DNA of 64,000 nt from Chlorobiota bacterium. GTDB lineage: Bacteria > Bacteroidota > Ignavibacteria > Kapaibacteriales > NICIL-2. This document shows, piece after piece, positions 30,513 to 39,471 of the stretch (its first letter is position 1; every line of letters begins with the position of its first letter). The DNA lies in assembly GCA_044224515.1 (NCBI GenBank), contig JBGAKH010000012.1:12363-76362 (forward strand), read 5' to 3'. Position numbers and translations under genes: made by a program. Under the pieces are notes generated by a model. The model saw only the letters and a program-made list of their open reading frames with translations. It made no database searches and had not been told where the DNA came from.

Positions 30513-31988
30513 CTAGCGATTTTGAAAACTCTTGTAGAAGGCTTGCACATCCTTGGTGAACTGCACCAATGATTCCTTATGGACATACATCATGTGTCCG
30601 GCCATATAGTAAGTCATCGTCACACGACGAAGTTCTTCGCTCTCCACTTCTAAGTGGTCAAAGGTAAACTCTGTGCCGTAGAACGGTGTTGCCAAATCGA
30701 AGTAGCCATTGGCAACAAAGACTTTCATGTGCGGATTGCTGCGTAAGGCGGCAGCCAAATCATCAGCAACGTTGGTGTATCCGCGATCTGCGTCTCCCCA
30801 TTTCCAGGGGTGCACTTTAGGAGTCAGCACTTCGTAGGTCATCGGCGTCTCATAGCCCAAATCACGACGTATATAATCATAGACCCCGGCGGTGTATACG
30901 CCCAAGATGTTGCTGTAACTTGGGTCTTCCGAGGGGAGCTCCCCAGCAGCATCGACGTCACGTCCGATAAAGCGAGAGTCCAGGCGGCCGACAACGCAGC
31001 GCTCCGCTCTCATTATTTCTTTCATGTAGCGCATTGGGTGAATGCGAAGATTGCAAGACAAAATATACGCCGCGCTCAATCCCGTCAACTCACTCAAACG
31101 ATCCGCCACTACGCGTTTGTCTTTATCACGGAGACGATGACCTGCAGTCAAAGCAAGCAAATATTCTTGGCCTGCGTATGCTCTAACTTCCTTCATGAGG
31201 AGCTCAAAGTTCTTCTGATATCGACTCGACAGTTTCTTATGATACCATGAAGTAGCCGCGATGGCAGGAAGAAAGCACACATACGGCAAGTCGTTTACGG
31301 TTGAGTTCTCATGCGCGATGGTCTGAAACGACAACACGGCTGAAATCAATACAACACCGCTAATGTTCATGCCGTGCTTGACCTGCATGAAGTTTGCGAG
31401 AGCCGCTGCACGTGTAGTTCCGTAACTCTCTCCGGCGAGAAACTTCGGCGAGAGCCATCGACCGTGCTCGCTCGTCCAACGACGAATAAACTCAGCAACC
31501 GAGGCCACGTCCTCAGCCACTCCGTGAAACTCTTCACGCTTTGCGTCACCGGCTGTGCGAGAGTATCCTGTGCCGACCGGATCAATAAAAACAAGATCGG
31601 TCCATGCAAGCCAGGTTTGCGGATTGTCTTCAAGTTGATGAGGAGCCGGCAGCGGATTGCCCTGCTCATCCATCACAACTCTACGAGGACCAAGCGCACC
31701 CATGTGAAGCCATACAGAACTGCTACCCGGACCGCCATTGAAGGCAAAGGTTATAGGTCTCCGTGCCCGCGCGTCTGCCGTTCCTTTGAGAGTGTAGGCA
31801 ACGTAGAACATGTCGGCGCGATGCTTTCCATCGTCGCTCTCAATTTTCATGGTTCCGCTCACGCTCGTGTACTGAAGACTGCGAGATCCAATCTTCAATG
31901 TGTGATTCTTCGTTACCGGTGGAGGTGGTGCCGGTCTTGTTGCTTGTTCCTTACCTGCCGTCGCGTTGTCGCCCGCTGCCTCAGCCAT
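30513..31988 (-). CDS. Serine carboxypeptidase (peptidase S10)
   Basis: FNGGPGSSS, FIDPVGTGYS, GESYG, GYFDLATP, AGHMMY; ATG 31988 (TTG 31997 is an alternative). Confidence 0.92.
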   Translation of the reverse strand: MAEAAGDNATAGKEQATRPAPPPPVTKNHTLKIGSRSLQYTSVSGTMKIESDDGKHRADMFYVAYTLKGTADARARRPITFAFNGGPGSSSVWLHMGALGPRRVVMDEQGNPLPAPHQLEDNPQTWLAWTDLVFIDPVGTGYSRTAGDAKREEFHGVAEDVASVAEFIRRWTSEHGRWLSPKFLAGESYGTTRAAALANFMQVKHGMNISGVVLISAVLSFQTIAHENSTVNDLPYVCFLPAIAATSWYHKKLSSRYQKNFELLMKEVRAYAGQEYLLALTAGHRLRDKDKRVVADRLSELTGLSAAYILSCNLRIHPMRYMKEIMRAERCVVGRLDSRFIGRDVDAAGELPSEDPSYSNILGVYTAGVYDYIRRDLGYETPMTYEVLTPKVHPWKWGDADRGYTNVADDLAAALRSNPHMKVFVANGYFDLATPFYGTEFTFDHLEVESEELRRVTMTYYMAGHMMYVHKESLVQFTKDVQAFYKSFQNR

Positions 31989-32034
31989 AATCTTCAAAGA
32001 GTAAAATGTCGTGAATACAAGGTCTCTATACCGG

Positions 32035-32059
32035 AAGCGCAGGTCGAAGACCTGCGCTT
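32035..32059. repeat. Intergenic hairpin with GAA triloop sharing arms with the 8772 palindrome
   Basis: AAGCGCAGGTC-GAA-GACCTGCGCTT, perfect 11-bp stem, no T-run. Confidence 0.85.
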
Positions 32060-32122
32060 AACACCTAAATCTGTGTGTCGTCCCAATGAAACGCGTCCGC
32101 CAAAAAAAAATCGAGCATCCAT

Positions 32123-32959
32123 CTACTCGAATATGGCGTCATCAACGCGAATACGTCCATACTCGAAATCATCTTCTTCCAGGTTCCACTCAATACGAAC
32201 CGTCGTTGGAATTTTGATTCCTTGGAATTCTTTGTAGTCACTGCAGTACATGGTACACTGCTCACGTTCGTAAGCGGTTTCGGCATCGCGATATTTATCC
32301 CGTGTTACCACGCGCTCGACTTCGTTGCGTTCATTGAAGTAGAAAGTGGCGGTGATGTTTTGTCCATGGTCCATCAATACAGCCCGTGCGGAGTGTGCAT
32401 CAACCGCTTCCCAGCGCATGGAGCCACTAGGAATCAGCGAGGTTGGAAACCACACGGCTTCCATGAGAATTCGAGAGAGCAGTGCTGTGCCCACTTCAGG
32501 TCCCTGAGGGTCGAAGAGCGTTACCATTCCCAGATACTTTACAAAGCCACTGCCCTTGCCGTCGTTGTACAAGAGTTGCGCATCGGTCCACATAAAGGGC
32601 GACGACTTAATCATGGCATGCCACACAAGACCGGGGTGCGTGCCTGTGTAGTGGGCTTTAGCTTTTAGCTTGCCCCATTCCGGTTGTGAGAGAGCGCGCC
32701 ACTCTCCGGACTGGTGTACGGTAGCAAATCGAATTTGCTCGGTACCGTCTTTGATTACATGTTCAAGGTACTGTTGCACCGGTCGCGGCAGAGTTGCAAC
32801 GATTTCATGTCGCATCTTTTTATGCGGACGTGACCACTCAGCTTCGCGTAGCGACTTCACGGTACGCGAGCGGTTCATAATAGCCCGAACGATGCTGAAA
32901 ATCACGACCACGGCAATCGTAATGACGATCACCGATGGAATAAACGTCATCTTATCCAT
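32123..32959 (-). CDS. DUF6544-like membrane-anchored protein
   Basis: N-terminal TM; LPRPVQQYL, Q.GEWR, W+AVDAHSARA, FYFNE...RY, G.KIPT motifs recalled for this family. Confidence 0.7.
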   Translation of the reverse strand: MDKMTFIPSVIVITIAVVVIFSIVRAIMNRSRTVKSLREAEWSRPHKKMRHEIVATLPRPVQQYLEHVIKDGTEQIRFATVHQSGEWRALSQPEWGKLKAKAHYTGTHPGLVWHAMIKSSPFMWTDAQLLYNDGKGSGFVKYLGMVTLFDPQGPEVGTALLSRILMEAVWFPTSLIPSGSMRWEAVDAHSARAVLMDHGQNITATFYFNERNEVERVVTRDKYRDAETAYEREQCTMYCSDYKEFQGIKIPTTVRIEWNLEEDDFEYGRIRVDDAIFE

Positions 32960-33168
32960 AGTGTCCTGACCAATGGTAGTCTAGCTGTCCCCTTAGGATC
33001 AAATTGCATTTTTTTTCGCAATAGGCAAAGAGGCGATCGCAGCTTCCTGCCGCATGATACTCATTTGTCGTAGAGACAACAGAGCCTGGCACGATTGACT
33101 CATAGACTGTTCGTACGGCGTATTTTGCACGATATATATCGCTGTTTATCACGCCATCGTAACGACTT

Positions 33169-34515
33169 ATGAAACGCCAGCACCGCTACCACTGCTTGAC
33201 CTCGGCTTTGTTGCTGATTGCTCTCTCCTCAGCTCTGTTCAGTCAAAAGCTCCTCCGGTCGGGTCCGATGGTTGGCTACACCGAAATGCGCGAAGCCATG
33301 CTCTGGGTTCAGACCACCGGACCGGCCACGGTGCACTTTGTGTATTATGACGATAAAGACCCCGTTCGACGTCGTACATCCACGGTTACGACTACGGCAT
33401 CTGAAGCGTTTACAGCCCACTGTGTGGCAGATTCGCTGGAACCCGGGCTCACATATTTTTACGAACTCTATATAAACAACGCTCAGGTCAAATTGCCCTA
33501 TAGCTGTTCGTTTCGTACTCCTCCACTGTGGCAACATCGTAGCGACCCGCCCGGCATTCGCATACTCTTTGGCTCTTGCGCTTACATCAATGAGACAAAG
33601 TATGATCGCCCCGGCACTCCCTATGGCGCGGACTACCAGATCTTTACTGCCATGGCGGCTACAAAACCGGACGTGACCTTGTGGTTGGGCGACAATGTGT
33701 ATTTGCGTGAGGCGGATTGGAATTCCCGCAGCGGAATCCTGCATCGCTATACCCACACCCGCTCCCTACCCGAAATGCAAGCTCTGCTTGCAAACTCCGC
33801 TAACTACGCCATCTGGGATGACCACGACTACGGTCCTAATGACTGCGATCGCGCCTTCTGGAATAAGGAACTCACCTTCGAAGCGTTTAAGTTGTTCTGG
33901 GCGAATCCTCGATACGGGATGGATAACACGAGTCGCGGCATTAATTCCATGTTTTCATGGGGCGATGTCGACGTCTTCTTGTTGGATGACAGGTGGTGGC
34001 GCAGTCCTGATAAACGCAAAACGGGCGAGCGAACAATTCTAGGCAAAGAACAGTTTGAATGGCTCATCGATAACCTGGCAAGTTCGACGGCTCCCTTTAA
34101 GCTCGTGTGCATCGGCGGACAAGTCCTCAACAGCGAGGCATTGTTCGAGAACTTCTCTACCTATCCCGAAGAGCGCAAGCGTCTCATCGAGGCCATCCAA
34201 GCCGAGAACATCAGTGGTGTCATTTTCCTCAGCGGTGATAGGCATCATACGGAGCTCTCCATGCTCCATGAAGCCGGACATTATCCTATATACGACATAA
34301 CCTCATCGCCCATTACCGCGGGTCCCAATCCAAAAGCCGACAAGGAGGCTAACGCAAATCGAGTACCCGGAACCTTTGTGGGCCAACGCAATTTCGCTTT
34401 ACTGGACTTCAGTGGAGCAAAAGAGAACCGAGCTCTCACGGTGTCTGTGTACGACTCGAATGGAAAGCAGTTGTGGACTAAATCGATCAGTCTCAAAGAA
34501 CTACGCACGAAGTAA
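33169..34515 (+). CDS. phoD: PhoD-like alkaline phosphatase/phosphodiesterase
   Basis: Signal peptide; SGPMVG, FGSC, WLGDNVY, WDDHDYG, LLDDRW, LSGDRH. Confidence 0.92.
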   Translation: MKRQHRYHCLTSALLLIALSSALFSQKLLRSGPMVGYTEMREAMLWVQTTGPATVHFVYYDDKDPVRRRTSTVTTTASEAFTAHCVADSLEPGLTYFYELYINNAQVKLPYSCSFRTPPLWQHRSDPPGIRILFGSCAYINETKYDRPGTPYGADYQIFTAMAATKPDVTLWLGDNVYLREADWNSRSGILHRYTHTRSLPEMQALLANSANYAIWDDHDYGPNDCDRAFWNKELTFEAFKLFWANPRYGMDNTSRGINSMFSWGDVDVFLLDDRWWRSPDKRKTGERTILGKEQFEWLIDNLASSTAPFKLVCIGGQVLNSEALFENFSTYPEERKRLIEAIQAENISGVIFLSGDRHHTELSMLHEAGHYPIYDITSSPITAGPNPKADKEANANRVPGTFVGQRNFALLDFSGAKENRALTVSVYDSNGKQLWTKSISLKELRTK

Positions 34516-34521
34516 TCACGC

Positions 34522-35763
34522 ATGACGCGCCTTTTGCATAGCATCCTAGACTCTCGTTTGCGCATCGTTGTACTCGTTGCACTCGTGTTACGATTTTCCC
34601 TGTGGCTTTTCATGACAGACCACAGCTCGCTGCGGGCTATGGAATATGGTGTCATCGCGGATAACATCATCCACGACAAAGGCTATGGCTATTTCTGGAA
34701 AGACTCATCACGGCTTCGTAGCGATGTGCCTCCGTCAAGCGTCATGCCTCAGCCTTCAGCCTACATGATGCCCGGCTATACTTGCTTCATTGCAACGCTC
34801 CTAACCATTGAATCACCGCTACTGCGTTCACTTCTCTTGGTTCTGCTACAGACTAGTGCGAGCTTGATAAGTATTGTGCTAGCGTGGCACTGGCTCCGGC
34901 GACTCCACAGTGAGCGTCTGGCTCTCATCGTATGTTGGTGCATCGCTGTCCTGCCCGAGTTTGTCTACGCATCGACTTTAGCTGCTTCCGTCAACTTCGT
35001 CCAGGTGCTTTCTTTGGCTTTGTGCTCGGTTGGTAGCTGGTACCGTCAGGCGCGAACGCAACGTTTCCTCCTCATGCTGTGCAGCGCAGCGTTGCTAAGC
35101 ATACGCGCGGAAGCAGCGTTGTTTCTCCTAGCTTTGTCCGTCGCGTACTTGATGCACGCATCGACGCGAGAGCGAAGTCTGTGGATCGCCTGCGGATGTT
35201 TGGTGGTGCTTGTCCCGTGGACAGTGCGCAACGCTATTGTCTTTGATGCATTTGTCCCGCTCACGACGAGCGGAGGTTTGAACTTCTATCGCGGACACAA
35301 TCCCTATGCGCTCGGCACGTGGTCCGATGCACGCATTGATGACGCTGTTCAGCAGCTACCCTTTGACCGACAAATCGAATTGCGACTCGACTCACTATAC
35401 AAGGCAGAAGCTATGCAGGCAATCAGCGGCAGAGCTAGTCAGGAGCTCGAAGGCACTGTTCTAAAGCTTGTACAGCTTTACGTGTATGACAGCAATGATG
35501 CCAGGTCCGGAAATGCTCTGTATTGGATACCGAGTGTTCTCATTGGCGTCAGTGCTTTGATTGGACTTTTCTTTATCCGCGGGCTGCGCCCGCGCTTCGG
35601 CAGAGAAACGCTCTTGTATATAGCCGTGAGCAGTCTGACGACAATGATGTTCTTTTGTCTGCCGCGTTATCAGAGCATGCTGCGCATTATGCTGCTACCC
35701 TACGCTGCGGCACTTTGGCTACTGCCGCTCGATGCACGAAGGCGCAGAAAATCAACACCGTAG
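34522..35763 (+). CDS. Multi-TM glycosyltransferase (GT39/ArnT/PMT-like)
   Basis: Many TM segments; PSAYMMPGY, PWTVRNAIVF..FVPLTTSGGLNFYRGHNP, PRY motifs. Confidence 0.7.
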   Translation: MTRLLHSILDSRLRIVVLVALVLRFSLWLFMTDHSSLRAMEYGVIADNIIHDKGYGYFWKDSSRLRSDVPPSSVMPQPSAYMMPGYTCFIATLLTIESPLLRSLLLVLLQTSASLISIVLAWHWLRRLHSERLALIVCWCIAVLPEFVYASTLAASVNFVQVLSLALCSVGSWYRQARTQRFLLMLCSAALLSIRAEAALFLLALSVAYLMHASTRERSLWIACGCLVVLVPWTVRNAIVFDAFVPLTTSGGLNFYRGHNPYALGTWSDARIDDAVQQLPFDRQIELRLDSLYKAEAMQAISGRASQELEGTVLKLVQLYVYDSNDARSGNALYWIPSVLIGVSALIGLFFIRGLRPRFGRETLLYIAVSSLTTMMFFCLPRYQSMLRIMLLPYAAALWLLPLDARRRRKSTP

Positions 35764-35860
35764 TTCTTGTATCCGGTACAGACACATAATGGGGAAGCGT
35801 CGCGGATACCGGAGCATCGAGTATCCTTGCACTCGGAGCCTAAAATCGGACGTGACTCGA

Positions 35861-37999
35861 CTAGTATGCTACGAGCCGCATTGAAGACTGTGTGCTCAGA
35901 CTTTCTTCAGCTGCCAAGGTAGCGGCAGTCACGGCTCGGATGACGTCGTATGAGATTGGCATGGCGCTACCATTTCGAATGGCATCCATAGTTGCTTTGA
36001 CTTCTTCATTGTGACCTTTGCTGCCGTCGAAGCTCTTCACGCTCTTCTTTTTTCCGCTATACAATTCAAGACTCTTGAAGTTGTTCATGATCGCGGAGCG
36101 TTGCTCGCAATGCGCCTCACAGTACTCCTTTGCTAAAGCCCCATCGCCTGATGCTGTATAGATCACGGTGCCTATCGATCCGTCGCTAAAGTGGATGACG
36201 ATGCTGACGTTATCGTGATTCACGCCTTGAGTGTTAGACGACACAGTCGAAGCGGCATACACGGTGGTTGGCAGAGCATCGCTAAGAAAAGCCATGCAGT
36301 CGATGAAGTGACAGGCTTCTCCAATGATTCTTCCACCTTGATCTGTAGCCTGAATCCAGTGTGTTTTGGGTATGAACCCGGCATTCACGCGGTACACCAT
36401 ATTCAGTGGATCCTTCCGTTGCGCAAAGAACTTCTTCATCGCGACGAAGGAGGCAGAGAAGCGTCGATTGAAACCAACCATAACACGTCCACCCGTCGAC
36501 TCCACAAGCTCATCGATACTGATAAGCTCCTCGGTAGTAATGCACAGTGGCTTTTCTACAAAAACTGCTTTTCCTGCACGAAGTGCAGATTGGACATAGT
36601 GCGCATGCGAACTATGCGGAGAAGCACAGACAACCAAGTTTACATCAGGATGAGCAACAAGCTCAGCACCATTCGTCGAAGCCAGGGCAAAACCATATCT
36701 CTTCGCAACGGAGTGCGCGTTCGCCGGAGTAGATGTCGAAACGGCGATAAGCTTTGCTCCACCGGAGACTAAGGGAGGCAGCAGCATCGACTGAGCGAAG
36801 CTACCGGCACCAATGAGTCCGACATTCACGGAATCTTTCGCAACTGCAGCACGTTGCACACTACGCGACGAACCCTGGTTGCGCTCCGGATAGTGCAATA
36901 CGATACCCAGACTTGGAGATGAATCCTTGCCTGTTACGAGATCGTACGCTTTGTGCGAGTCGCGAATGTCAAAGTGATGCGAGGTCAATGACTGAGCGTT
37001 GATACTCTTACGGTCGATGCAGTCCAAAAAAGCCTGCATGTTCCGATTCTCCGTCCACCGCACATATGCGGCAGGATAGTCAACGCCTCCCTCTTCGTAC
37101 AGCGGGTCATACCGTCCGGGTCCATAACTACAGGAAATGCGTATGTCAATTTCCTTTTCGTAGAAAGGCGATCGCTGAATGTCCATACCCGTTACACCAA
37201 CGATGACCAACTTCCCTTTCTTACGCAACATTTTCATGGACAGTTGTACGGGTTCGTTCGAGTTCGTACTGGCCGTAATGATTACAGCATCCACACCTAG
37301 CCCACGTGTAAGCGCTTGAATGGTGGGAAGCGCATCTGCGTTGCTTGCCAAGGTTGCATCTGCGCCGTTGGTTCGAGCACGCTCGAACAGTGCTTCATTG
37401 ATGTCCATGCCAATTACATGACATCCTGAAGCTTTGAGTAACTGCACGGTGATTTGTCCAAGCAAACCCAAGCCAATCACTGCTACAGATTCTCCCAAAC
37501 GTAGGTCAGCTTGGCGCACCCCTTGAAGAGCAATCGCACCTACGGTAGTGTAGGCAGCATCGTCAAAACCTACATTGTCGGGTATGCGACAGACCAGATT
37601 CTTTGGAACGGAGATATACTCGGCATGGTGAGCGAACTGAGCGCCCGCGCAGGCAACACGATCCCCCACGGCAAACTCATCGCAGCGAGATTCGACAACG
37701 ACGCCAGCAGCACTATAGCCGAGTGTTTTATAGGAGTCTAAGCGGTTAAGTACTTTGTTGACGGTTGTCATCAAGCCGTCTTTTTTTACCATCTCGAAGA
37801 CCTGCTTTACTTGATCAGGTTGTTTTCGAGCGCGATCGAGAAGTGATGATTGTGCCGAGCTGACAGAACTACGCTCAGTGCCGGCCGAAATGAGAGAGGC
37901 CACTGTGCGGACAAGGACCCCGCCGGGACGACATCCCGGTGCCGGGATTTCCTCGATGATCAATTCGCCTGTTTTAAGATGCTGAAGAACCTGGAGCAT
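35861..37999 (-). CDS. Bi-domain oxidoreductase (Zn-ADH-like MDR plus Gfo/Idh/MocA)
   Basis: SLISAGTE, LGYSAAG, GLGLLGQ, SCSYGPGRYD.YEE.G.DYP..YVRWTENRNM; second Rossmann GLIGAGSFA, VFVEKP, VGFNRRF. Confidence 0.88.
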   Translation of the reverse strand: MLQVLQHLKTGELIIEEIPAPGCRPGGVLVRTVASLISAGTERSSVSSAQSSLLDRARKQPDQVKQVFEMVKKDGLMTTVNKVLNRLDSYKTLGYSAAGVVVESRCDEFAVGDRVACAGAQFAHHAEYISVPKNLVCRIPDNVGFDDAAYTTVGAIALQGVRQADLRLGESVAVIGLGLLGQITVQLLKASGCHVIGMDINEALFERARTNGADATLASNADALPTIQALTRGLGVDAVIITASTNSNEPVQLSMKMLRKKGKLVIVGVTGMDIQRSPFYEKEIDIRISCSYGPGRYDPLYEEGGVDYPAAYVRWTENRNMQAFLDCIDRKSINAQSLTSHHFDIRDSHKAYDLVTGKDSSPSLGIVLHYPERNQGSSRSVQRAAVAKDSVNVGLIGAGSFAQSMLLPPLVSGGAKLIAVSTSTPANAHSVAKRYGFALASTNGAELVAHPDVNLVVCASPHSSHAHYVQSALRAGKAVFVEKPLCITTEELISIDELVESTGGRVMVGFNRRFSASFVAMKKFFAQRKDPLNMVYRVNAGFIPKTHWIQATDQGGRIIGEACHFIDCMAFLSDALPTTVYAASTVSSNTQGVNHDNVSIVIHFSDGSIGTVIYTASGDGALAKEYCEAHCEQRSAIMNNFKSLELYSGKKKSVKSFDGSKGHNEEVKATMDAIRNGSAMPISYDVIRAVTAATLAAEESLSTQSSMRLVAY

Positions 38000-38162
38000 A
38001 GCTGCCGTTCGTTGTGGACATGGTACGAAGCGGCAAATTACGATGGAAAGGGCAAAGCCTTAACAGTGACTGCTAAGGCTGAATGAGATTTAAAAGAAAC
38101 CTGAGACCTTGCATACTGAGGGAAAGCTGAAATTGAGGTGCACACAAGGTTGACCGTGTTTC

Positions 38163-38522
38163 TTACGCAAAAACCGGCGCACTTCTTAGCTCACTTACCT
38201 CTATGGTGAGACCTTCTATGTAATCTAGTGCTGGATTCTTGCTTGCTATACCAAGTGCCGCGTTCATGTCCGGAGCGTTAATGATATAGTAGCTCCGGAT
38301 AAGCGGTGTTTCGGGGTCAATCTGCTTTAGACTCCATCCATGCTCAGCTCGCGCTACGATGAGACCGTAGGGCTCCGTTGTTTGCGAGCTAACAAAATAT
38401 CCTTCACGTCGAAGAAAGTCGCCGTACTCCCGACAGCGCTCGACAAAGTGCTTGTCGTTATTCATGGAATCGGGAGCTAACTGGGGTCCGACTTTTCGCA
38501 CACACAACAAAAACTGCTTCAT
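38163..38522 (-). CDS. YciI-like protein
   Basis: YYIINAPDMNAALGIASKNP...IEVSEL C-terminal pattern; SD GGAG. Confidence 0.6.
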   Translation of the reverse strand: MKQFLLCVRKVGPQLAPDSMNNDKHFVERCREYGDFLRREGYFVSSQTTEPYGLIVARAEHGWSLKQIDPETPLIRSYYIINAPDMNAALGIASKNPALDYIEGLTIEVSELRSAPVFA

Positions 38523-39415
38523 GAGGCTCCTACCTTAAGACTTTTCAAACCGTCGCAGCTACACATCGCATGTTCGTAATGTGCAGTGCGTATCACATGC
38601 ACCGCGTATGTGGGAATACGCTCCGTGCCATGACGCCATGCGAATGAGAAGCGCGTCGGACCCCGCACTACTCACATACAGCATTCACTTTTCTACCTGA
38701 AATTTTCGTAACGAGTGCCTGAAGTGTGTGGAGAGCATCTCGCTACAATTTCGTTCTCGGCTGTTTCCTAGCTATACTATAATAGTGATTTCTGTTTTGA
38801 AAATGAGAAATTAATTAACGCAGACAAAAAGACCTCTTTAGACTAAAGCAGTTAAAGAGTTTCAAGTCTTGTTTGTAACTATTTCAGCTATACACAAAGT
38901 ACTACAATGCACATTATCATGATCCGGGATCAGCAACACAGTGTCCGATGCGACTTGGTCCCTATGTCTAATGCTATAAACTGGTATCGGTCTCGTCGGC
39001 AGCAGAACTGATTCTCGGGCCATTTGCTTTGCTAGCTCAACCACGCAACCTGCGAGTGTTAGCGACAACAAATGATTGGCGTCGCCAAACTATGTTCTAT
39101 CTCCTCTTCTGACTTTTAATCCTTTTGCTGAATTAGTTCAGATATATGGAGTGATTACTCGACAAAATAGTTACAGAAAAACTTCATGAAAACACACAAA
39201 AAACACTCATTGACAAGAGAAAGTCTTGTCCCGGAATCAGTCCCAGAGATCGGAGTTAAATGCGCAGGATGAATTTGATCCTAATAAAACACAGGTTGAA
39301 CGTTGGGAGTTGCCTTACTCTCCACTCATCGAAGCCGGTTGCGAAAACATTGCGGAGTCTGCATACTTCGGTGTTATAAGACACGCTGACATCAGCCTGC
39401 CCGAAGGGCAGGCAT

Positions 39416-39446
39416 AAAAAAAGCCGCCCTAAATAAAGGACGGCTT
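39416..39446 (-). terminator. Intrinsic terminator after rpoC
   Basis: Minus strand AAGCCGTCCT-ttattt-AGGGCGGCTT followed by TTTTT. Confidence 0.85.
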
Positions 39447-39471
39447 TCTTATACGAACACTGACTCAGCGA

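Noticed and set aside
38885-38900. DnaA-box-like CTATACACA suggesting oriC in the AT-rich gap
   Set aside because: A single mismatched box; no cluster of boxes and no dnaA/gidA context.
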